Assembly (NCBI GenBank): GCA_902787715.1
Contig: CADAHQ010000005.1
Span: forward strand, 2,576-66,575
Direction of reading: 5' to 3'
DNA: 64,000 nt
Source: an uncultured Lachnospiraceae bacterium
Lineage (GTDB): Bacteria; Bacillota; Clostridia; Lachnospirales; Lachnospiraceae
Shown here piece after piece: positions 58,161 through 64,000 of the stretch. A program made the position numbers and the translations under genes. The notes beneath the pieces are model-generated. The model did not search any database, had not been told where the DNA came from, and saw only the letters and a list, made by a program, of their open reading frames with translations. The stretch's first letter is position 1, and each line of letters begins with the position of its first letter.

Positions 58161-59165
58161 TTATTCCACAACGACGGCGTCCTTGTGCATATCGATGGTG
58201 AAGGTGCTGCCCTTTCCGATCTCCGATTCCACGGAGAGCCCCACCTCAAGCTTGTGGGCAATCTTGTTGCAGAGATACAGTCCGAGGCCCGTGGAGCGCT
58301 CGCCGGATGCATTTCCCGCCAGGCGGCCGTTGAAGCCCGTGTAGCCCTTCTCGAAGATTCGCGGCACATCCTCCGGCGCGATGCCGATGCCGGTGTCTCG
58401 CACAATCACCTTCGCGTCCTCCGTGAGGGCGATGGTTACGCCGCCCTCGTAGGTGTATTTGACGGCGTTGGAGAGAAGCTGCTCGAGAAGGAAGGAGAAC
58501 CATTTGCCGTCGGTGACCACCTTCACTTTGTTCGGCTCGTAGTTGAGGGTCAGCTTCCGCGCGATAAACTGCGGCGCGAACCTGCGGATGGAAGCCCGCA
58601 CCAGCTCGTCGAGGTCGCACTCGCGAATCACCAGGTCATTGGAATCGTCCCCAAGCCGGATGTATCCAAGAGCCATATCGACGTAGCTCTCCGTGCGGAA
58701 CAGCTCCGTTGCGATGGCGCGGTTCGTCTCCGTGTCCTCGGTTTTCACAAGCATCTGCATCACCGAAAGGGGCGTCTTAATCTGGTGCACCCAGGTGGTG
58801 TAATAGTCCCGCGCCTCGCGCTTCTCGGTGTTGCTCTTCTCCTCCAGGGTGTCGATGCGCTCCCACAAAGCGTCCAGAAGCTGCGCATAATCCTGCCCTG
58901 CCATGCCCTGCTCCTCCGGCAGAAGGCCGCGGTCATACTGCGCTGTCGCCACGCACCGCATTCTCACGCGGTGCTTCCGAAGCTCCCGGATAAAATCCAC
59001 AACGCCCACCGCGAGCCCGCCGGCCACGCACAGCAACACAGCGTAAAGAATCGCTTCCATCGGCATGTTGTAAAGCCAGAACACCAGAACACACCCGGCG
59101 ACGGTGCATACGCCCCACATGACCGGGTACATCCGCTCCCTCAAAAAAGTCTTAAAAAACGCCAT
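58161..59165 (-). CDS. BceS-like intramembrane-sensing histidine kinase
   Basis: Two N-terminal TM helices with almost no extracellular loop. H-box (TWVHQIKTPL). N/G boxes (LSNAVKYT, DTGIGI, GLGLYL). Confidence 0.85.
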   Translation of the reverse strand: MAFFKTFLRERMYPVMWGVCTVAGCVLVFWLYNMPMEAILYAVLLCVAGGLAVGVVDFIRELRKHRVRMRCVATAQYDRGLLPEEQGMAGQDYAQLLDALWERIDTLEEKSNTEKREARDYYTTWVHQIKTPLSVMQMLVKTEDTETNRAIATELFRTESYVDMALGYIRLGDDSNDLVIRECDLDELVRASIRRFAPQFIARKLTLNYEPNKVKVVTDGKWFSFLLEQLLSNAVKYTYEGGVTIALTEDAKVIVRDTGIGIAPEDVPRIFEKGYTGFNGRLAGNASGERSTGLGLYLCNKIAHKLEVGLSVESEIGKGSTFTIDMHKDAVVVE

Positions 59166-59184
59166 CCGTTTTCTCCTTCAAGCC

Positions 59185-59856
59185 TCACTCTACGATGTAA
59201 CCGCTGCCTACTTTCGTAGTGATGAACCCGGGCAGCCCTGCGCCCTCCAGCTTCTTGCGAAGCCGCGTCACGTTGACGGTCAGCGTGTTCTCCTCGACAT
59301 AGCAGTCATCCTGCCAAAGCGCCGTCATGAGCGAATCCCGGGAGACGATTTTGCCTGCATTTTCCAAGAGGGTGCGCAGGATGCGGAACTCGTTCTTCGT
59401 AAGCTCCACCCGCTCCCCCTCGTAGGTTGCGGAATTGTCCCCGAGGTTCAGCGTAAGCCCGCGGTGCGACAGCGTCTGCGGCATCTCGCCGAGGTCGTAG
59501 GCCCGCCGCAGAATCGCGGACACCTTCGCCGTGAGAACCATGGGATCCACGGGCTTCGGAATGAAGTCGTCAGCGCCCAAGTTCATGGCCATCACGATGT
59601 TCATGTTGTCCGCCGCCGACGAGAGGAACACGATGGGCACGTTGGAAACTTTGCGGATCTCCGTGCACCAGTGGTAGCCGTTGTAAAAGGGCAGCATCAC
59701 GTCCACCAGCACCATCTGCGGCTCACATGCGGCAAATTCTTCCATCACCTTCCGAAAGTCCCGCACCGTGACAACCTCGTTGCCCCAGCTCTCAATCTGC
59801 TTTTTAATCGCCTGCGCAAGCGCGTAGTCGTCCTCAATCAGAAAAATCTTCTTCAT
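59185..59856 (-). CDS. BceR-like OmpR-family response regulator
   Basis: MKKIFLIEDDYALAQ..., VDVMLP, and the winged helix LTVNVTRLRKKL. Confidence 0.9.
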   Translation of the reverse strand: MKKIFLIEDDYALAQAIKKQIESWGNEVVTVRDFRKVMEEFAACEPQMVLVDVMLPFYNGYHWCTEIRKVSNVPIVFLSSAADNMNIVMAMNLGADDFIPKPVDPMVLTAKVSAILRRAYDLGEMPQTLSHRGLTLNLGDNSATYEGERVELTKNEFRILRTLLENAGKIVSRDSLMTALWQDDCYVEENTLTVNVTRLRKKLEGAGLPGFITTKVGSGYIVE

Positions 59857-59865
59857 GGCAAAACC

Positions 59866-61974
59866 TCACTGTTCCCAAGGATGTTCCGTAATAATACCGA
59901 TCAAACGCTCCCACGGCATCGGCTCCCTGCAGGCCGCAACGCTGGGAAATGCCGCCCGGATCATGGCGCAGAGACACTCCGCCTTCTCGCGGATATGCGG
60001 GCTGTTCAGAACCCGGTTGGCGTAGTGCGAGTAGCTCATCAGCACCTCCATAACCGTCGCCCGGTCCTCCTCTGGATACGTTCTTCCGTAGATTCTGGCA
60101 AACCAGTATTTGTCGGTTTCTCTCTGGCGGTCATCGTCGTAGGCCCCCAGATAGTTTTTTAATGTATAGGAATTGAAATAAGGGTATTCACTGCTGTTAA
60201 GCGCCTCCTCCCAGTACCCCAGAAGATCGCATCCGGTCTCCTTGCCGTAGGCTTTCAGCCGATAATCCATCAGATGCATGATCTCATGGGAAACGGTGGT
60301 GTACAGATTCGGATAATCCGGGTCGTACTTTAAGGCAACGTGGAGGGTCGGTCCGTCGGTGGCGATACCCACGGCATCCTCCGTCATTCCCGGGAGCCAC
60401 TTGGTCCCTTCGCCGTAAATGTAGAAGTCCATTCCCGACCGGAAACCAACCGGCAGCTCCGCGAAGAACCCCTCCGGATACTCCATCATCACCGAGCACA
60501 GGGAATCCATCATAAAAAGAAGCCGCTCCTCCTCCGCAATCGGATGGAGCACATACCCGAAGGTGAGGATTTTCATGCTGTCGCCCTTGTAATTCACCTT
60601 CGTTCCGAACCGCTTCCGAATCCACTCCGCGGTCTCCTCACAGACGTCCGTTCCGCTGCCCGCAGCCCCGCGATGCAGCACTTCCTCGCGGCGCGAAGGC
60701 TCTCCGCTGTAGTCCCAGTAATAAAACCGGTAACCGAACTCTTCGTCCTGATATATGCACAAAAGCAGCCGCGAATCGCCGACGAAAACGGCTGACTTGA
60801 TATAATTGCAGCCCGGAATCATCTCCAAGACGTTGTCAAACCGGACTCCCGTCCCCTCCGCCGTATTCACCACGGCAAATGCAGCCTTTTCGAAATTCTC
60901 CCGCCCGAGATCGTAATTCACCATGGACAGGGATACCAGGTCCCCCCGGCAATCCCTTACCACAGAAGAATCGTATCCCGGCATAAAAATCAGCCGGTTT
61001 TCCTGCGGGCGCAGGGCGGACCCCAGCTTCACCGTAGCGGAATAGCGCAAATCGTAGAGGAACGCCTCTCCCCGGCGGCCGACGACTTCGTACTCCGTCG
61101 ACTGGGAATATACCTTCTTCTCCGTTATCAGATTTCCTGCTTCGTCCTTTTCGAGGTAGAGCAGGGAAGACACACCGCTCTCCGTGACATAAAAAACGTA
61201 GGAGGTGCCGTCCATCGAGCAGAAGGTGAATTTGCCGCCCTCGCAGCGGTACTCCGCAGCGACATCTCCCTTTGCGTCCTGCGCGGTCAATGTTCCCGCA
61301 ATGTCATTGCGGAACCAGAAAAGCCCGTCCTCCGAGCAACCGACGTAGGTCCCGATGAAGGCAAACCGCCCGGTTTCCTTAAGCTCCGCGTCAAAGAAAA
61401 TCACGTTAAAATTCTTCTCATCGACATACCATACGGAGCCGTCCTCCTGCAAAAGCGCGGGCCCCAGCACGCCGCCGGTGAACGACCGCGACTTTATGTT
61501 GTCCGGCTCGTCCGCCTTAAAGAGATACATCGAGGTGGAAAATTTCCTGGCGTTGATATCGGCGGGCGAATCGAAATTCACCGCATCCACGAAAACATAC
61601 TCTCCCGCAGACACCACGCTGTGAATCAGGCGGTCCTCCGTTTTGTTGAGCGCCGCCAACGGCTTCAGAGCCTCCGTGCGGTCCACCACCGGCGTCGGCG
61701 TATGCAGCGGCACCGGCGTCAGGGTAGGCTTCGGCGTCCCTTCCCCGGGCGTCGTTCCGGTGGGCGCCGCCGTAGGCGCAGGCGTCTCCGCTCCGGGCGT
61801 CATCCCGGCAGGTGTCAGTGTTTCCTCTCCGGGCGTTATCCCGGAAGGCGTCGCCGTCCCGGCAGGTGTCGCGGAAACAGGCTTCTCCGGCGTTTTCTTC
61901 CCGCAGCCTGCACAAAGCAGCGCGAGCACTATTACAAGAATCAAAATTCCTTTTTCCCGTGCAAACCCTCTCAT
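59866..61974 (-). CDS. lipoprotein with a C-terminal HExxH (putative zinc metallopeptidase) domain
   Basis: ORF 59866..62028. ATG 61974 (GGGGGAG RBS) gives MRGFAREKGILILVIVLALLCAGC (lipobox). Thr/Pro-rich linker. The HEIMH motif in TVSHEIMHLMDY lies ~150 aa from the C-terminus. Confidence 0.72.
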   Translation of the reverse strand: MRGFAREKGILILVIVLALLCAGCGKKTPEKPVSATPAGTATPSGITPGEETLTPAGMTPGAETPAPTAAPTGTTPGEGTPKPTLTPVPLHTPTPVVDRTEALKPLAALNKTEDRLIHSVVSAGEYVFVDAVNFDSPADINARKFSTSMYLFKADEPDNIKSRSFTGGVLGPALLQEDGSVWYVDEKNFNVIFFDAELKETGRFAFIGTYVGCSEDGLFWFRNDIAGTLTAQDAKGDVAAEYRCEGGKFTFCSMDGTSYVFYVTESGVSSLLYLEKDEAGNLITEKKVYSQSTEYEVVGRRGEAFLYDLRYSATVKLGSALRPQENRLIFMPGYDSSVVRDCRGDLVSLSMVNYDLGRENFEKAAFAVVNTAEGTGVRFDNVLEMIPGCNYIKSAVFVGDSRLLLCIYQDEEFGYRFYYWDYSGEPSRREEVLHRGAAGSGTDVCEETAEWIRKRFGTKVNYKGDSMKILTFGYVLHPIAEEERLLFMMDSLCSVMMEYPEGFFAELPVGFRSGMDFYIYGEGTKWLPGMTEDAVGIATDGPTLHVALKYDPDYPNLYTTVSHEIMHLMDYRLKAYGKETGCDLLGYWEEALNSSEYPYFNSYTLKNYLGAYDDDRQRETDKYWFARIYGRTYPEEDRATVMEVLMSYSHYANRVLNSPHIREKAECLCAMIRAAFPSVAACREPMPWERLIGIITEHPWEQ

Positions 61975-62046
61975 CTCTCTTCTCCCCCGTTTCGGGCATC
62001 GTCCGATGCCCCTCATCCGACGATGCACTGAAGATAATTATACACT

Positions 62047-62075
62047 AAACCACGAACAATTCCAACCCATTACGC
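62047..62075 (-). promoter_or_regulatory. sigma-A promoter of the lipoprotein / Bce-like operon
   Basis: Minus strand: TTGGAA (plus 62070-62075), 17 nt, TATAAT (plus 62047-62052). Confidence 0.55.
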
Positions 62076-62079
62076 CGCA

Positions 62080-62190
62080 TCTTACAAGCTGTATAGTTCA
62101 GCGACTTACGCGCGACATCTTGTATGCCGCAAATTTTGGCAACTGACGCGCGATATCTTGCAAACTGTATTGTGCCGCGGCCCGCGAATG
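62080..62190. repeat. three degenerate ~37-bp tandem units (TKACGCGCGAYATCTTG...)
   Basis: Units start at 62080, 62116 and 62154: TTACGCCGCATCTTACAAGCTGTAT / TTACGCGCGACATCTTGTATGCCGC / TGACGCGCGATATCTTGCAAACTGTAT. They lie just upstream of the promoter above. Confidence 0.5.
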
Positions 62191-62220
62191 AAAAAAAAGG
62201 TGATTTCCGGGAAATTACTA

Positions 62221-62515
62221 CGGTATATGAAGAATGCGTGAGGATGCGTAGTACAAGACGTTGATGGAAGAAGAAAAAACACTCTTTCTGGGAGAAATTA
62301 CTACGCAATCAGGTGTTGTGCCGCAATTCTGTAGTAAGCAAGCGGGACATACTTGTTTCTAACAGGTGCTCCTCAGGAAGAATTACTACGGAAAACAAGA
62401 TAAAACATGGATGCGTAGTACTATTTGAAACAGATACTGTCCCGAGCAGGACAGAGCAGGGAAAAGTACTACGCAAACCCGGATAGGATTGAAAAAATGT
62501 AGTAAAACCCCGGAA
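62221..62515. repeat. four-unit tandem array (period 83-85 bp) of inverted half-sites TTACTACG-N23-26-CGTAGTA
   Basis: 5' arms TACTACG at 62226, 62309, 62394 and 62477. 3' arms (C/T)GTAGTA at 62257, 62341, 62424 and 62509. Odd units (..CGG...GGATGCGTAGTAC) and even units (..CGCAA...TGTAGTAA) resemble each other. Confidence 0.7.
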
Positions 62516-62517
62516 AA

Positions 62518-62630
62518 GACGCAAAAGCAAGTCCGGAGAAGGCAAAAGCAAACCCGAAAAAGCATAGAAACACCCCCGGGGAAGGCGCAAACAGCATCCC
62601 CCGGAATTAGCATAAAAAGCGAGGGCGCCG
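62518..62630. repeat. five degenerate 21-24-bp tandem units (CCCGGARAAGGCRCAAAAGCA)
   Basis: Units start at 62518, 62542, 62563, 62584 and 62608. The purine-rich strand is the plus strand. The last unit abuts the GH43 terminator. Confidence 0.45.
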
Positions 62631-62656
62631 ACCCCGGCGCCCTCGCAGAAAAGCCT
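62622..62656 (-). terminator. intrinsic terminator of the right-edge GH43 gene
   Basis: 12-bp stem GCGAGGGCGCCG / CGGCGCCCTCGC, loop ACCC. On the minus strand it is followed by TTTTTAT, 17 nt after the stop. Confidence 0.8.
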
Positions 62657-62672
62657 GAGCAAAAGATGGACT

Positions 62673-64000
62673 TTAGTGAATGAACCGCACCGACAACAGA
62701 TGTCCGTTGCCGCCGCCGACCTTCGTCAGATACAGGGCGGACACACCGTCCGGAATCGGGCAGGCTGCGCGATACTTCTCCCAGATGTCCGAGGAGTCCA
62801 CCTTGACGGTGCCAATGACCGGGCCGCCCAACTCGGTGCGAACCTCAAAGCTGTCATGGATGTAACCGCGAACCGTGAGCTCAATCTCCTTCACGCCCCG
62901 GAAGTTGATGTACTTAAAGCCGATGGTCGTACCCTCATGGATGTTGGCAACGTACGAAGGATTCTTATCGCCGTCGCGGCCGTCCTGGGTGATACGCGGC
63001 TGGTTGCCGATACCCACAAGCCAGTGCATCGGCTGCGTGATTTCGTTATCGAAGAGGTTGCAGGCAATGTGCGCCGGAATCTCCTCGGTGTCGCGCAGCG
63101 GACCGCCGTTTAAGCCGCAGGAGGTAATCTCCACCTGTGCAATGGAACCGTCCGCAGCAAACTTCACTTCCTCCGCACAGCCCTGACGCGAATACCACGT
63201 AGCGTTGGTCTGGCGATGGTAGAAAATGTAGCGCTTTCCGGCAATCTCGATGAGACTTCCGTGGTTGTTTGCGCCGTACGCCGCAGGCGTCTCCGCATCC
63301 TTGTAAGTTCCGATGTGGAAGTCGCTGTTACTTACAATCACGCCGCCGTAGGTGAACGGCCCCTCCGGGCTGTCCGACGTCGCGTAGCAAAGCTCGTGCA
63401 TCACTTCGCTGGAGTAGATGAAGTAGTAGCGGCCGTCGAATTTGCGGATGGACGATGCCTCGAAAAATGCATGCCCCTCATAGCCCGTGCCCTCGCTGTA
63501 GCAGGAGCCCGGAACCACGATGCGCGGCTCCTTCACGATGGTGAGCATATCCGGCGCAAGCACCGTCAGCTGCGAGCCGTGGCGGCTCTTATCGCCTCTG
63601 CCGCAGAAGCCCGTGAAGAGGTAGGTCACGTCGCCCTCGGTCAGAACGCCCGGGTCGAACTGCGGCTCGTCGCCTTCGCGCTCGCCCAGTTTCGTGCCGT
63701 CCTCATAGTGCACATAACCGTAGAATTCGTATTTGCCGGCCGGCGTGTCGCACACCGCAACCGAAACGATACCGACCTTATCCAGCACGTAGTACAGATA
63801 GTACCGACCGTCGGGACCCACGGTCACATCCGGCGCGTACAGAACCATGTTGCCGCGGGAGTTCACCGGGTCCTGGGTTTTCTTGTAGGTGACGCCTTCA
63901 TAGCGCCAGTTGCCGAGGTCGTTCACCGGCGCGGACCAGCACACATAGTCGCCCTGGCAGAACACATAGCCGTTGAATTGGTCGTGGGAACCGTACACAT
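62673..64000 (-). CDS. GH43 family glycoside hydrolase, C-terminal ~440 aa (N-terminus outside the window)
   Basis: The frame is open to the window edge. Five-bladed-propeller-type blocks (YAPDV, GRYYLYY, FEASSIRKFDGRYYFIYS) and a C-terminal beta-sandwich. The N-terminal catalytic Asp block is missing, so the gene is truncated by the window. Confidence 0.82.
   Translation of the reverse strand, partial: VYGSHDQFNGYVFCQGDYVCWSAPVNDLGNWRYEGVTYKKTQDPVNSRGNMVLYAPDVTVGPDGRYYLYYVLDKVGIVSVAVCDTPAGKYEFYGYVHYEDGTKLGEREGDEPQFDPGVLTEGDVTYLFTGFCGRGDKSRHGSQLTVLAPDMLTIVKEPRIVVPGSCYSEGTGYEGHAFFEASSIRKFDGRYYFIYSSEVMHELCYATSDSPEGPFTYGGVIVSNSDFHIGTYKDAETPAAYGANNHGSLIEIAGKRYIFYHRQTNATWYSRQGCAEEVKFAADGSIAQVEITSCGLNGGPLRDTEEIPAHIACNLFDNEITQPMHWLVGIGNQPRITQDGRDGDKNPSYVANIHEGTTIGFKYINFRGVKEIELTVRGYIHDSFEVRTELGGPVIGTVKVDSSDIWEKYRAACPIPDGVSALYLTKVGGGNGHLLSVRFIH

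Noticed and set aside
62092-62104. BceR-like box (TTACA-AGC-TGTAT) within the 37-bp repeats upstream of the regulator operon.
   Set aside because: The half-site spacing is 3 rather than 4 nt and the right half deviates from TGTAA. It is not equivalent to the 57069-57082 box.
62045-62662. Minus-strand ORFs of 87, 117 and 75 aa across the tandem-repeat region.
   Set aside because: They have no RBS, and their frames run through degenerate repeats and the promoter. The products are low-complexity.

Overview
GC-rich (about 55-60% by eye, not computed) chromosomal segment of a Gram-positive anaerobe, most consistent with Clostridia. Supporting signs: GGAGG-type RBSs, a type III glutamine synthetase, a perfect CIRCE operator, many lipobox proteins and a Bce-type module. 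About 50 tightly packed protein genes; I saw no rRNA, tRNA, CRISPR, transposase, integrase or phage genes. Gene order: (1) a two-component pair running off the left edge. (2) A co-directional glutamine cluster: glnN, an AmtB-PII fusion, asnB, pyrG, purF, carA, carB and a DapL-like aminotransferase. (3) A Znu/Adc-type zinc ABC operon bracketed by two Cys-rich accessory genes. (4) Radical-SAM, flavin reductase, MFS, GH10 and GH43 (xylan use). (5) An envelope cluster: fused spermidine-synthase-like protein, HAD, RNHCP, a 560-aa unknown, phosphodiester glycosidase, GT2-GtrA, PAP2. (6) Esterase, then LysR divergent from an HMGL-family (Re-citrate/homocitrate synthase-like) gene. (7) CIRCE-controlled hsp20, and a DUF4037-like NTase plus TPR pair. 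(8) A MarR plus heterodimeric ABC exporter operon, an orphan pilT and a flavodoxin-like protein. (9) Cell-wall genes (two NodB deacetylases, a C11 peptidase), pncB, and a Bce-like peptide-resistance module (RR, HK, ABC ATPase, FtsX permease) with embedded or flanking lipoproteins. (10) A partial GH43 at the right edge. The unusual content is non-coding and sits in three ORF-free gaps. Gap 46636-47579 holds a 5-unit, 94-bp-periodic hairpin array followed by a ~460-nt imperfect palindrome that includes the last 12 codons of a deacetylase gene. Gap 61975-62672 holds three tandem repeat families, one of which shares the ACTACGG core and ~31-bp inverted half-site spacing with the first array. Gap 37120-37590 holds a 316-nt branched inverted-repeat element closed by a perfect 24-bp stem. 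The glnN leader carries two tandem terminators, each overlapped by a near-identical ANTAR-type hexaloop hairpin. All protein calls rest on motifs I recognise by eye; no homology search, folding or statistics could be run.
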